64,000 nucleotides of DNA from Candidatus Omnitrophota bacterium (GTDB lineage Bacteria > Omnitrophota > Gorgyraeia > Gygaellales > Profunditerraquicolaceae). The notes under the pieces are model-generated. The model did not search any database, had not been told where the DNA came from, and was given only the letters and a program-made list of their open reading frames with translations. A program made the position numbers and the translations under genes. Each line of letters opens with the position of its first letter. The first letter of the stretch is position 1. The stretch is from the NCBI GenBank assembly GCA_028715415.1, contig JAQURX010000005.1:43-64042 (forward strand), in the 5' to 3' direction. Below are positions 52,429 through 62,577 of this stretch, piece after piece.

Positions 52429-53397
52429 TTATTGCATGATTTTTATATAGGAATTATTCTTAATTTCAGCAAGCCACTTTTTCAGCTGCTCTTCTTTTTT
52501 CTTTTCATAAAGAAAGTTTTGAATCTTGTCTTGAACTTGCGACAGGCTAACCTGTTCAGGGGCAGATATGCTGCTTAACCTAAAAACAAAACATTGGCCG
52601 TCAATTTCAACAGGATCAGAGACTTCTCCAACATTCAATTTATAGACAATATCGGAGATTTCCTTTTTTAATTCTTCGTCTTTGGAGACTTTCAAGTTGT
52701 TAACAACCAGAGGATACCTCGTGGCAAGGCTTGTGAGCTTTTCGCCCCTTCTTAGATTATAGACCAAGGAATCGGCTTGATCCTTATTTTCAATATTAAT
52801 GACATCTAAATCACGGATTTCTCCGGTATTAAACTCATTGGGATGTGCATTGTAATAACTAGTAACTTCTTCCGGACTAACTACAATTCTGCTCATAACC
52901 TTAAACTCCAGAATATTACTCATAAGGATATGATCCCTAATCTTATTTTCTAAATCTGCCTGAACAAGTCCTTGTTTAGCCAGCGCTTGCTGGAATGCCG
53001 CATCAGAGCCGTATTTCTTCTTGATCTCATTAATTTTATCTTTAATCTTGCCTGCATCAGGAATAATGCTTATAGTTTTTTTAGGGGCTATTTCAATCTT
53101 CCCATCGTTTTTTCTTGCTTCTTGTAAGATAAGACGGTCATCAATTAATTTATTCAACAAATCCATTTTCAATTCATTTACTTTTTCTTCTAGCTCTTTC
53201 CCGCTAAATTGCTCAGAATACTGAAGCCGGATAAAATTAACAAAATCCTTCAGGTCTTTTTGAGTAATGCTTTCTTTATTAACTACGGCAATAATTTTAT
53301 CTTCCGCTAAAGAATTCTTTAAAGGAAAAACAAAAAGCATGCTTAGTAAGCAAAAAAAGCAAAATTTAATTTTGTTTATCATTAAAGACTCCGGCAT
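52429..53397 (-). CDS. surA: SurA-like periplasmic chaperone / parvulin-type PPIase-domain protein
   Basis: Signal peptide MINKIKFCFFCLLSMLFVFPL, SurA N-domain-like region, degenerate PpiC-like C-terminal region. Confidence 0.65.
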   Translation of the reverse strand: MPESLMINKIKFCFFCLLSMLFVFPLKNSLAEDKIIAVVNKESITQKDLKDFVNFIRLQYSEQFSGKELEEKVNELKMDLLNKLIDDRLILQEARKNDGKIEIAPKKTISIIPDAGKIKDKINEIKKKYGSDAAFQQALAKQGLVQADLENKIRDHILMSNILEFKVMSRIVVSPEEVTSYYNAHPNEFNTGEIRDLDVINIENKDQADSLVYNLRRGEKLTSLATRYPLVVNNLKVSKDEELKKEISDIVYKLNVGEVSDPVEIDGQCFVFRLSSISAPEQVSLSQVQDKIQNFLYEKKKEEQLKKWLAEIKNNSYIKIMQ

Positions 53398-55366
53398 TCT
53401 TAAAGCCCGTAATTGCCTCTTTCAAAAGTCGGCAATATAAATCAAACCCTACTGCTGCGATAAAACCATGCTGTTCAATGCCTAAAAGGTTACCAGCGCC
53501 CCTTATTTCTAGATCTTCCATTGCAATATTAAAACCTGCACCTAAATCAGTATGCTCCTGAATCGCGTTAAGGCGTTTTTTTGCAGGGGAATCCAGCACA
53601 TCCTTATCGCGGACCATAAAATATGCGTAGGCATTCCTATTAAACCTGCCAACCCGGCCGCGCAGCTGGTGCAAATCCGACAGCCCGAACATATCCGCAT
53701 CTTCAACAATAATTGTATTTACATTCGGAATATCAAGGCCGGATTCAATAATCATCGTGCAAACCAGGCAATCAATCTCTCCGCGCAGAAAATCTGCCAT
53801 TATTTTTTCCAAAATTTTGGCTGGCATCTGCCCGTGGCCTATCGCGAATCTGATATTTGATGGAAGCCAGTTTTTTAGCTTATCTTTAACCCGCTCAATA
53901 TCATGGATTCGGTTATGGAGGTAGTAAATTTGGCCTTTTCTTCCTATCTCCCTGAGTATAGCCTGCTTTATCAGGTCTTCATCATATTCTACCACAACAG
54001 TTTTGATAGGCAACCTATTTTGTGGCGGTGTATTTATAACTGACAAATCTTTGGCGCCCATTAAACTCATGTACAACGTCCTTGGTATTGGTGTCGCCGT
54101 CAAAGTTAAGACGTCTATTGAAAGCCTTAGCTGCTTTAATTTTTCCTTTGCCTTTACCCCAAAACGCTGCTCTTCATCAATAATCAAGAGCCCCAGATTT
54201 TTAAACAAAACGTCCTCCGATAATAGTCTATGAGTGCCTATAACAATATCAATACTGCCTCCGGCTAAACCTTCAACAATTTTCTTCTGTTCTGCTTGTG
54301 TTTTAAACCTACATAGAAGTTCTACTTTTACCGGAAATTCTTTAAGGCGCGCACTAAAATTCTGGTAATGTTGCTCAGCTAGGATTGTTGTGGGAACCAA
54401 GTAGGCTACTTGCTTATTATCCATTACTGCTTTAAAGGCAGCGCGCATTGCCACTTCGGTCTTTCCGTAGCCTACATCTCCGCAAAGAAGCCTGTCCATT
54501 GGTTTAGTTGATTCCATATTTTCTTTAACTTCACTCGTTGCTTTAACCTGGTCTGGAGTTTCTTTAAAAGGAAATGTAGCCTCAAAATCTTTCTGCCAAT
54601 CCACATCTTTTGAAAAAGAGAATCCTTGTGAAGAAAGCCGCATTGCCTGCAATGACAAGAGCTCCCACGCTAATTTCTGTATCCCTTTTCTGGTTTTTTC
54701 TTTTATCCTCTGCCATTCTTTGCCGCCTAACCGGAATAATTTCGGCTTTCTGACATGAAAAGCGATGTATTTCTGCACTAAATTCATCGCATCCGTCGGA
54801 ACGTAAAGCTTCTCCTGACGATCGTATTCAATGACTAAATGATCTTTAGATTTTGCACCAGATTTAATCTTTTCAATTCCCAGGAAACGCCCTATGCCGT
54901 GCTGATTATGCACAACATAATCGCCGATATTTAAATCTACAAAATTTGAAAGAGGAACCTCTTCTTTAAAAGAATGGGTTTTAAGGCTTGACGGCTTCTT
55001 GATTGGCAAGATTATGGCAATCTTGTGTTCCCAAAGAGGCTCTCCTGTATCAGGATTAAAAGACCTTATATGCTGAATAAGCTCATTATCAAATTCAATG
55101 CGGATTGGTAACTCAAAGGTAAAAGGAAATATATCAAGAACGCCTCCTCTTCTGGCAAAGTCTCCTTCTTCTAAAACGCGTTCTTGCCTTTTATAGCCAA
55201 GGTCAACCAATGAAGCATGAAGTGCCTCAAAGTTGATAGATAAATTAAGGTATAGTTTTAACGATTTAAACATTTCGGAAAGAATTAAAGCGCTAGCAAA
55301 AAAGGAATATTTTTTTGCTAGCGCTGAATATAAGCTACTTGGAGCCCTTGCGGCCTCCGAAGGCAA
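53366..55366 (-). CDS. mfd: Transcription-repair coupling factor Mfd, compact 666-aa form
   Basis: UvrB-homology segment LVDLGYKRQERVLEEGDFARRGGVLDIFP, RNAP-interaction domain GDYVVHNQHGIGRFLG, helicase motifs GDVGYGKTEVA, LIIDEEQRFG, QLRGRVGR and TRG motif. TTG start is the most upstream possible start, abutting secDF. Confidence 0.8.
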   Translation of the reverse strand: MPSEAARAPSSLYSALAKKYSFFASALILSEMFKSLKLYLNLSINFEALHASLVDLGYKRQERVLEEGDFARRGGVLDIFPFTFELPIRIEFDNELIQHIRSFNPDTGEPLWEHKIAIILPIKKPSSLKTHSFKEEVPLSNFVDLNIGDYVVHNQHGIGRFLGIEKIKSGAKSKDHLVIEYDRQEKLYVPTDAMNLVQKYIAFHVRKPKLFRLGGKEWQRIKEKTRKGIQKLAWELLSLQAMRLSSQGFSFSKDVDWQKDFEATFPFKETPDQVKATSEVKENMESTKPMDRLLCGDVGYGKTEVAMRAAFKAVMDNKQVAYLVPTTILAEQHYQNFSARLKEFPVKVELLCRFKTQAEQKKIVEGLAGGSIDIVIGTHRLLSEDVLFKNLGLLIIDEEQRFGVKAKEKLKQLRLSIDVLTLTATPIPRTLYMSLMGAKDLSVINTPPQNRLPIKTVVVEYDEDLIKQAILREIGRKGQIYYLHNRIHDIERVKDKLKNWLPSNIRFAIGHGQMPAKILEKIMADFLRGEIDCLVCTMIIESGLDIPNVNTIIVEDADMFGLSDLHQLRGRVGRFNRNAYAYFMVRDKDVLDSPAKKRLNAIQEHTDLGAGFNIAMEDLEIRGAGNLLGIEQHGFIAAVGFDLYCRLLKEAITGFKNAGVFNDKQN

Positions 55367-57539
55367 TTACAAGAGGAGACGCGATGTAAACTGTAGAATA
55401 AACACCGGAAATAAAACCAACAATAAGCGTAAAAGCAAAATTGCTTAAGATTTCTCCGCCAAAGAGAAAGATAGCGATAACTACTAAGAGTGTAACTCCA
55501 GAGGTAAGTATCGTCCTCCCCAGTGTTTGATTTACGCTTAGATTAATTAACTCATAAAGCGTAGATTTTCGTTGTATACGCATGTTTTCTCTAACGCGGT
55601 CATAAATAACTATAGTATCATTTATTGAATAACCGGCAATAGTAAGAAATGCAGTAACACTTAAAAGGTCAATTTCTCTTCCGGAAATAGCCAATGCGCC
55701 AAGAGCAATAAGGACGTCATGGACAATCGCAATAATACCAGCTATCCCAAAGTTAAAATGTTTAAACCTAAAAGTCACATAGACTAAAATACCTACAAAT
55801 GACCAGATTAAGGCCATAATTGCTTTGTCTGCTAAGTGTTTACCAGCTATGGGGCCGACACTTTCTACCCTAAGCATCTGCACATCCTGATTTGGAAACT
55901 TTTCTTTTAGTTTATTTGTAACAATATCACCTTTATAGCTTGGGGTTTTTATCAATACAACGCTAGGATCCTCTTTAAATTGCTGCAAAGTTGCACTAGC
56001 AAAACCTGCTTCACTAATAGCAGTTCTTAATTCATCAATAGGAACTGCGGTTTTAAACTTGTATTCTTGCAGCTGGCCTCCTGAGAAATCAATGCCATAA
56101 GCACTGGGGCCTTTTTTAAAAAGAACGGTCATTCCCCAAATAATGATAATTAAGGAAAGCGCGTAACAAATCTTTCTTTTTCCAATAAAATCAATCTTAG
56201 TATCTTTTATCAGCTTAAGCATTGGCAAAGATTTAATCCAGCCAAGATTTAACAAAAGCTCAAATATTGTCCGGGTTACTACAATCGCAGTAAACATTGA
56301 AGCAATAAGACCGATAGTTAAAGTAACAGCAAAGCCTCTGATTGGCCCTGTCCCGAATTGAAAAAGAAAAAATGCAGCAATTAAAGTAGTAAGATTCGAG
56401 TCAAAAATTGCGCTAAATGCTTTGTCATATCCATTAGCAATTGCAACGCGCAAAGGTTTTCCTATTCTAATTTCTTCTCTTATTCTTTCATTAATAAGAA
56501 CATTGGCATCTACTGCCATACCAAGCGATAAAGCGATACCAGCTATACCGGGTAAAGTCAAAGTTGCCGAAATTCCCGGGAATAATACCGGAAGCATCCC
56601 TAAGCCGCCTAAAACCATAAGTAAATTTAAGAAAAGCGCGATATCGCTAACGACTCCGGCCAAAAGATAATAAACTGCCATAAAAAGAAAAACCAAGCAC
56701 ACGCCAATCAAAGCAGCCTTAAATCCTTTATTTATGGAATCCTGGCCTAAAAGAGGGCCGATAGTCCTTTCTTCTTCTATTTGCATAGGAGCTGGCAAAG
56801 CGCCAACCCTAAGGATTAAGGACAAATCCTGAGCTTGCTCAATACTAAAGCGGCCGGTTATGACTGCTTCTCCGGAAGGAATAGCTTCTTTAATATTAGG
56901 AGCTGACTGCACTTTTCCATCCAAAACAATCGCCAATCTTCTTCCTACGTTCTTTGCTGTAATATCGGCAAATTTTTTGGCTCCTTCTGCATTAAATTGC
57001 AAACCTACAACCGGTTCGTTAAATTCACTCTGGCTAAACTGTACTGTTGCATTAGTTAAGGCATCTCCAACCAAAACAGCTTGTTTTTCTAAAAGAATTG
57101 GCTCATTATTTTCTTGCGTATATTTCAATTCAAAGCCTTCAGGAACAGTGCCTGCTATCGCTTGTTTTAACTTTTCCGCATCATTTGAAACAAGCTTAAA
57201 CTCCAAAAGGGCGGTTTTTCCAATAATATCAATAGCGCGGTTTCTGTCTGTTACACCGGGTAGCTGAACAACAATTTCGTCTTCACCTTGTTTCTGGATA
57301 GAGGTTTCTCTTACTCCAAATTGATCAATCCTGTTACGGATTACTTCAACAGCCCTGTCAGTTGCATCAACTTTCGCTTTTTCGTTTAAATTACTGGTGT
57401 CAACTTTAAGCAAAAGATGCATTCCTCCCTGCAAATCCAGACCTAAATTAATCCTTTTTTGGATAGGGAAACCAAAATAAACACATAGCCCCACAATTCC
57501 CAAAATCAGAATTGACTTATATAATATACGCCTTTCCAT
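55335..57539 (-). CDS. secDF: Fused protein-export membrane protein SecDF
   Basis: 734 aa with two 6-TM modules and a large periplasmic loop. Confidence 0.85.
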   Translation of the reverse strand: MERRILYKSILILGIVGLCVYFGFPIQKRINLGLDLQGGMHLLLKVDTSNLNEKAKVDATDRAVEVIRNRIDQFGVRETSIQKQGEDEIVVQLPGVTDRNRAIDIIGKTALLEFKLVSNDAEKLKQAIAGTVPEGFELKYTQENNEPILLEKQAVLVGDALTNATVQFSQSEFNEPVVGLQFNAEGAKKFADITAKNVGRRLAIVLDGKVQSAPNIKEAIPSGEAVITGRFSIEQAQDLSLILRVGALPAPMQIEEERTIGPLLGQDSINKGFKAALIGVCLVFLFMAVYYLLAGVVSDIALFLNLLMVLGGLGMLPVLFPGISATLTLPGIAGIALSLGMAVDANVLINERIREEIRIGKPLRVAIANGYDKAFSAIFDSNLTTLIAAFFLFQFGTGPIRGFAVTLTIGLIASMFTAIVVTRTIFELLLNLGWIKSLPMLKLIKDTKIDFIGKRKICYALSLIIIIWGMTVLFKKGPSAYGIDFSGGQLQEYKFKTAVPIDELRTAISEAGFASATLQQFKEDPSVVLIKTPSYKGDIVTNKLKEKFPNQDVQMLRVESVGPIAGKHLADKAIMALIWSFVGILVYVTFRFKHFNFGIAGIIAIVHDVLIALGALAISGREIDLLSVTAFLTIAGYSINDTIVIYDRVRENMRIQRKSTLYELINLSVNQTLGRTILTSGVTLLVVIAIFLFGGEILSNFAFTLIVGFISGVYSTVYIASPLVIAFGGRKGSK

Positions 57540-57558
57540 TAGTTGATTCTCCTTACTT

Positions 57559-57852
57559 TTACTTGGCTAAACCCGGTTGCGCTTTAACATAAGCAACGCA
57601 GTTTTTCTCAACTTCTATTTTTACGTTTTCATCAATTCTTAAGGTTAAAGTTTTATCTTTAACATTAATAACTGTTCCGTGTATGCCGCCGGTTGTTACA
57701 ATCTCATCGTTCTTTTTTAAATTTGAAAGCATCTTTTGATGCTCTTTTTCTCTGTTTTTTTGCGGCTTAATAAGCATAAAATAAAATATTACGAATATTA
57801 AGGCAAAAGGAATGAGATTAACTATCGGATTCACAGCCTGTGCTTGTGGCAT
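57559..57852 (-). CDS. yajC: Preprotein translocase subunit YajC
   Basis: 97 aa; single TM then VTTGGIHGTVINV. Confidence 0.85.
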   Translation of the reverse strand: MPQAQAVNPIVNLIPFALIFVIFYFMLIKPQKNREKEHQKMLSNLKKNDEIVTTGGIHGTVINVKDKTLTLRIDENVKIEVEKNCVAYVKAQPGLAK

Positions 57853-57853
57853 T

Positions 57854-58099
57854 TTAAGCCTCCTTAGATGCTTTTTTAGCTAGACTTTTAACAGTTGCTG
57901 AAAGTTGAGCGCCGTTCTTAACCCAGTATTCAAGACGGTCTTTTTTTATCTTGAATTGGCCAGAAACAGGGCTATAGGAACCCAATTCTTCTATACAGCT
58001 GCTATCTCTGCCTTTACGCTCATCAAAAACAGAAATTCTAAAGTGGATTTGCCCTTTAGGATTTTTTCCAATTCTTCTTAATCTTACATGTACTGCCAT
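57854..58099 (-). CDS. rpsP: 30S ribosomal protein S16
   Basis: MAVHVRLRRIGKNPKGQIHFRISV; AGGGAGGA Shine-Dalgarno. Confidence 0.9.
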   Translation of the reverse strand: MAVHVRLRRIGKNPKGQIHFRISVFDERKGRDSSCIEELGSYSPVSGQFKIKKDRLEYWVKNGAQLSATVKSLAKKASKEA

Positions 58100-58128
58100 T
58101 TTTTATTTCCTCCCTGAGCAGAAGCTCG

Positions 58129-58154
58129 CCCCAAATCATCCTTTAGATTTGGGG
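58129..58154 (-). other. 9-bp stem-loop between trpE-like gene and rpsP (no T-tract; possible processing/attenuation element)
   Basis: ccccaaatc-atccttta-gatttgggg perfect inverted repeat, immediately upstream of the rpsP Shine-Dalgarno. Confidence 0.3.
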
Positions 58155-58165
58155 GTTAACTTTTC

Positions 58166-59656
58166 TTACTTAATGATTGCTTCAATTAACGCTTTTGCTT
58201 TATTTACACACTCATAGTATTCTTTTTCAGGAACTGAATCCGCTACGATCCCTGCTCCTGCTTGAATATGTGCACAATTACCCTTAATAACAATTGTTCT
58301 TATTGTAATACAGGTATCCATGTTGTGTGAAAAACTAAAATACCCCACACAACCCGCGTAAGGGCCACGCCGCAGATTCTCCAATTCATCTATAATTTCC
58401 ATTGCCCGGATCTTGGGACTGCCGGAAACTGTCCCTGCGGGGAATGCCGCTTTCATTACATCATAGATATCATATTTGGTTTTGTCAAGTATTCCTCTTA
58501 CTTCGCTTACCAAGTGCATAACATGAGAATACTTCTCAACCGACATGAATTCGCTAACCTTTACACTACCTATCTTACTAACCCTGCCTAAGTCATTTCT
58601 CCCCAGATCAACAAGCATTAAATGCTCCGCACGCTCTTTCTCGTCGGAAACAAGCTCTTGTGCAAGTAAAACATCTTCTTCTTCAGAGTGACCTCTGGGC
58701 CTTGTTCCGGCTATTGGGCGGGTTTGGACAACTCCATTCTCACACCTTACCAGCATTTCAGGGGAAGCTCCTACAATCTCAATCTTCTTTAATTTTAAGT
58801 AATACATATAAGGAGACGGATTAAGGCTTCTTAAATTCCTGTAAACACGAAAAGAGTCTTTGCTGAACTTCAAGCTAAAACGAATAGAAGGCACTGCCTG
58901 TATAATATCACCTTTTCTTATATACTCTTTCATTTTCGTTACAATCTTGATAAATTCGTTTTTACTTAGATTAGCGGCGATAGCCGGTTTTGTGGATTTT
59001 TCTTCAATAGTATCGTTTTCAATTATCGCAGAACAAAACTCTTTTCGTATAGATTCTATCTTTTTCAAAGCCTTATTATAAACTTTAAGCAACTCTATAT
59101 TGCTCAATTTCAACCCTTTGTTAGGCAAAATACAATTATTGACTATTTTTATCTTGTGGTTTACATGATCAAAAATAAGAATAGTGTCAGTTAAAATAAA
59201 TACACAATCAGGAACATTCAGAACATCTTTGTTTTTATCCGGCAGATGTTCAAAAAATCTCACCGTATCGTAGCCCATATAACCGACTAATCCGCCGTAA
59301 AAACGAGGAAGGCCCTTTACCAAAACAGCCTTAAAATCTTTCATTACTTTCTTGATTTCATCAAGCGGAGTTGAATCGGTAACAAAACGGTCGGATTTAT
59401 TCTGATGCGGATGAATAATTTCAATATCCCTGCCTTTACTAATAAATATTAACGAAGGGTTGCTTCCTAAAAAAGAATACCGGGCAATCTTCTCCTGCCC
59501 TTCAACGGATTCCAAAAGAAAAGCGTAATCGCTCTTTTGGAGCTTAAGAAAAGCTGAAACCGGAGTATCAAGATCAGCATTGATCTCTTTAAATACGGGA
59601 ATGACATTACCCGATTTAGCTAATTTTTTAAATTCCTGGAATGTTGGATAATACAT
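58166..59656 (-). CDS. trpE: Chorismate-utilising enzyme, anthranilate synthase component I-like (TrpE/PabB family)
   Basis: 496 aa; N-terminal LLESVEG...ARYSFLG, C-terminal [19 protein letters not shown]...[12 protein letters not shown]. Confidence 0.7.
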   Translation of the reverse strand: MYYPTFQEFKKLAKSGNVIPVFKEINADLDTPVSAFLKLQKSDYAFLLESVEGQEKIARYSFLGSNPSLIFISKGRDIEIIHPHQNKSDRFVTDSTPLDEIKKVMKDFKAVLVKGLPRFYGGLVGYMGYDTVRFFEHLPDKNKDVLNVPDCVFILTDTILIFDHVNHKIKIVNNCILPNKGLKLSNIELLKVYNKALKKIESIRKEFCSAIIENDTIEEKSTKPAIAANLSKNEFIKIVTKMKEYIRKGDIIQAVPSIRFSLKFSKDSFRVYRNLRSLNPSPYMYYLKLKKIEIVGASPEMLVRCENGVVQTRPIAGTRPRGHSEEEDVLLAQELVSDEKERAEHLMLVDLGRNDLGRVSKIGSVKVSEFMSVEKYSHVMHLVSEVRGILDKTKYDIYDVMKAAFPAGTVSGSPKIRAMEIIDELENLRRGPYAGCVGYFSFSHNMDTCITIRTIVIKGNCAHIQAGAGIVADSVPEKEYYECVNKAKALIEAIIK

Positions 59657-59666
59657 ATTTTATTAG

Positions 59667-59999
59667 TTATTTTAGTTTTCTATAGAAACAGCTTCTGTTC
59701 CCAGTGTGGCAGGCAGCACCGACTTGCCTAACCTTAATTAATAAAGCATCTAAATCGCAATCGTAGGCAATTGATTTAACAAATTGAAAGTGCCCGCTTG
59801 TTAATCCTTTAACCCAGTATTCCTTTCTGGATCTCGACCAAAAGCAAGTTTTCCCAAGTTTGATTGTACGCCTAAGCGATTCTTTATTCATATAAGCCAC
59901 CATCAAGACTTCGTTTGTTTTATAATCCTGCACAATTGCCGGTATCAAGCCTTGCTTATCAAACTTAAAATCATTTAACGAAACTTTTTCTTTTTTCAT
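59667..59999 (-). CDS. hisI: Phosphoribosyl-AMP cyclohydrolase
   Basis: 110 aa; [24 protein letters not shown]...[10 protein letters not shown]. Confidence 0.85.
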   Translation of the reverse strand: MKKEKVSLNDFKFDKQGLIPAIVQDYKTNEVLMVAYMNKESLRRTIKLGKTCFWSRSRKEYWVKGLTSGHFQFVKSIAYDCDLDALLIKVRQVGAACHTGNRSCFYRKLK

Positions 60000-60766
60000 A
60001 ATCTTACCAAAACTCCTTTTTCACTTAAATACTTCTTTACTTGTTCAATTGTATATTCTTGATAATGGAATATTGAAGCAGCTAATGCGGCATCTGCGTT
60101 TGCCTTTGTAAAAACTTCTTGGAAATCTTCAAGTTTTCCTGCGCCGCCTGAAGCAATTACCGGAACAGTTACCGCATCAGTGATTGACTTTGTAAGCTGG
60201 ATATCAAACCCATCTTTTGTGCCGTCAAAGTCCATGCTGGTTAAAAGAATTTCTCCAGCTCCCAGTTTACATACTCTTTTTGCCCATTCTATCGCATCAA
60301 TACCCGTCGGAGTCCTTCCTCCGTTTACGAAAACTTCCCATTTTGGGGGATTATTAGAGGGCGCTGTGTTCTTAGCATCTATTGCTACTACTATACACTG
60401 GCTTCCAAATCTAACAGCCGCATCAGAAATCAATTCAGGGAACTTGACAGCCTGCGTGTTGATTGACACCTTTTCTGCTCCGGCATTTAAAAGTGCCCTG
60501 ATATCGTTTACTTCCCCGATTCCTCCTCCAACAGTAAAAGGAGTAAAAATATTTTTTGCAATATCTTCAACAAGGCCAATTAAGGTTTTTCTTTTTTCAA
60601 AACTTGCGGTGATATCCAAAAAAACAAGTTCATCCGCCTTTTGTGCGTCATATGCCTTGGCAACTTCAACCGGGTCCCCAGCGTCTTTAAGCCCGAGAAA
60701 CTTCACACCTTTTACTACCCTTGCGTCTTTTATATCAAGACAAGGGATGATTCGTTTGGTCAGCAT
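59996..60766 (-). CDS. hisF: Imidazole glycerol phosphate synthase cyclase subunit
   Basis: [20 protein letters not shown]. Confidence 0.9.
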   Translation of the reverse strand: MLTKRIIPCLDIKDARVVKGVKFLGLKDAGDPVEVAKAYDAQKADELVFLDITASFEKRKTLIGLVEDIAKNIFTPFTVGGGIGEVNDIRALLNAGAEKVSINTQAVKFPELISDAAVRFGSQCIVVAIDAKNTAPSNNPPKWEVFVNGGRTPTGIDAIEWAKRVCKLGAGEILLTSMDFDGTKDGFDIQLTKSITDAVTVPVIASGGAGKLEDFQEVFTKANADAALAASIFHYQEYTIEQVKKYLSEKGVLVRL

Positions 60767-60769
60767 AAA

Positions 60770-61231
60770 TTATTTTGTTTTTTTATAGAGATACTGCCTT
60801 AGCAAAGCCCATGTCCTTTTATTCACATGGCCGGTAGCTTTGATATTAGCATTCCTCTGAAACATTTTAATCGCATCTACTGTTTGTTTCCCCATCTTTC
60901 CATCAATAAGGCCCGGATTATAACCAGCGTTCTGCAAAGCAATCTGGATTTGCTTGATATTAGGCCTGGATTTAACTTCTCCTACAACCTTCTTCTTAGA
61001 AACATGTTTAATGGCAGCTACTTCAGCCGGTTTCTCTTGCGCCCTTGCTAAAGCATCTTTTAAACTATTAATTTCTTCATCTTTAGACTGAATCTGCGAC
61101 TCTAAAACAGAAACCTGATTCTTTAATGATTGGATATCCATTTCTTTCATCTTAAGATGTTTCCTTGTCGCGCAGCCGCTAAGAAGAAAAATGGAAGCGA
61201 TTACCAACATTACTAACCCTTTTCTATTCAT
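60770..61231 (-). CDS. Lipoprotein with coiled-coil and C-terminal peptidoglycan-binding (PG_binding_1-like) domain
   Basis: Signal peptide + lipobox LLSGC; IKQIQIALQNAGYNPGLIDGKMGKQTVDAIKMFQ PG-binding signature. Confidence 0.7.
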   Translation of the reverse strand: MNRKGLVMLVIASIFLLSGCATRKHLKMKEMDIQSLKNQVSVLESQIQSKDEEINSLKDALARAQEKPAEVAAIKHVSKKKVVGEVKSRPNIKQIQIALQNAGYNPGLIDGKMGKQTVDAIKMFQRNANIKATGHVNKRTWALLRQYLYKKTK

Positions 61232-61242
61232 CTTCCCCTCCC

Positions 61243-61965
61243 TTATGATATTTTCAATGCTTCGGTTAAAGTAAATTTTCCTTCATACAAAGCTTTTCCA
61301 ACTATAACACCAACAAGCCCGTCTTTTTCCAGCTTCTTTAGCTTTTTTAAATCTTCTAAACAAGATATCCCGCCTGAGGCAATGATTTCTAATCCGGTTT
61401 CTTTCAATAATTGTTTTATGCCTAAAATATTCGGCCCAGTCAATGTCCCATCTTTCTGGGTATCTGTGTAAATAATCTGCTTAAATCCAATATTCTTTAA
61501 AGTTGCAGCAAAAGTCAGGACGTCAATTCCTTTTTTACTTGCCTCCCAGCCTTTTATCTGCACACTTCCATCTTTTGCATCAATACTGACAATTATTTGT
61601 TCTTTGAATTCAAGATAAACTTTTTTTAAGAATGCTTCATCTTCTACAGCTTTAGTCCCAAGAACAACCCGTTGAACGCCAGACTTAAGAAGTAATTTAA
61701 TCGTATCAATCTCTCTTACTCCTCCGCCGAATTCAACCGGGATACCGATATTGCTGACTATTTCTTTTACCACATTTAAATTCTTAGGCTCTCCGGTTAA
61801 AGCTCCATCTAAATCAACCACGTGCAAAAATTGCGCGCCTTGCTTTGCCCAATGTTTGGCGGATTTTACCGGGTCACGGGAGTATAGTTTTTTATTATCA
61901 AACTTGCCTTGGACAAGCCTTACTACACATCCGTCTTTTAAATCAATAGCAGGTAAAATTAGCAT
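61243..61965 (-). CDS. hisA: ProFAR isomerase
   Basis: MLILPAIDLKDGCVVRLVQG. Confidence 0.9.
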   Translation of the reverse strand: MLILPAIDLKDGCVVRLVQGKFDNKKLYSRDPVKSAKHWAKQGAQFLHVVDLDGALTGEPKNLNVVKEIVSNIGIPVEFGGGVREIDTIKLLLKSGVQRVVLGTKAVEDEAFLKKVYLEFKEQIIVSIDAKDGSVQIKGWEASKKGIDVLTFAATLKNIGFKQIIYTDTQKDGTLTGPNILGIKQLLKETGLEIIASGGISCLEDLKKLKKLEKDGLVGVIVGKALYEGKFTLTEALKIS

Positions 61966-61968
61966 TTA

Positions 61969-62577
61969 TTATAAGTTAACAAAATTATTAATCATTTTAA
62001 GCCCAATCTCTTGGCTTTTCTCGGGGTGAAATTGCATTCCGAATACATTGCCTTGCCAAACGCTGGAAGCAAAATTAATCCCATACTCAGTAGTTGTGGA
62101 CACTAGTTTATTATCTTTTGGCAAAGGATAATATGAATGGCAGAAATAAACAAAAGATTTATCGGGAACCCCATTCATAAGAGGACAATTATCGGCAATT
62201 TTAGATAATTGGTTCCACCCCATATGCGGAACCTTAATTCCTTTATCCTCTTTAAATCTTTTAACACTTCCTTTAAAAACACCGAGGCCCTTTGTTTCTT
62301 TGGCTTCTTCGCTTGTTTCAAAAAGGATCTGCATTCCAAGGCAGATTCCTAAGAATGGTTTTCCATTCTTAATAACCTCAAGGATGCAGTAAATTAAATC
62401 CTTTTTCTTGAGTTCTTCCATTGCATCATCAAAAGCTCCGACTCCCGGAAGAACTATCTTTTCGGCAGATAAAATTTCTTTTGACTTATTTGAAACTATG
62501 GTTTTAGCACCTTGTAACTCCAGGGCCTTATTTACGCTATGGATATTTCCCATGCCATAGTCAATTATCGCAATCAT
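61969..62577 (-). CDS. hisH: Imidazole glycerol phosphate synthase glutaminase subunit
   Basis: MIAIIDYGMGNIHSV...GICLGMQ. Confidence 0.9.
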   Translation of the reverse strand: MIAIIDYGMGNIHSVNKALELQGAKTIVSNKSKEILSAEKIVLPGVGAFDDAMEELKKKDLIYCILEVIKNGKPFLGICLGMQILFETSEEAKETKGLGVFKGSVKRFKEDKGIKVPHMGWNQLSKIADNCPLMNGVPDKSFVYFCHSYYPLPKDNKLVSTTTEYGINFASSVWQGNVFGMQFHPEKSQEIGLKMINNFVNL

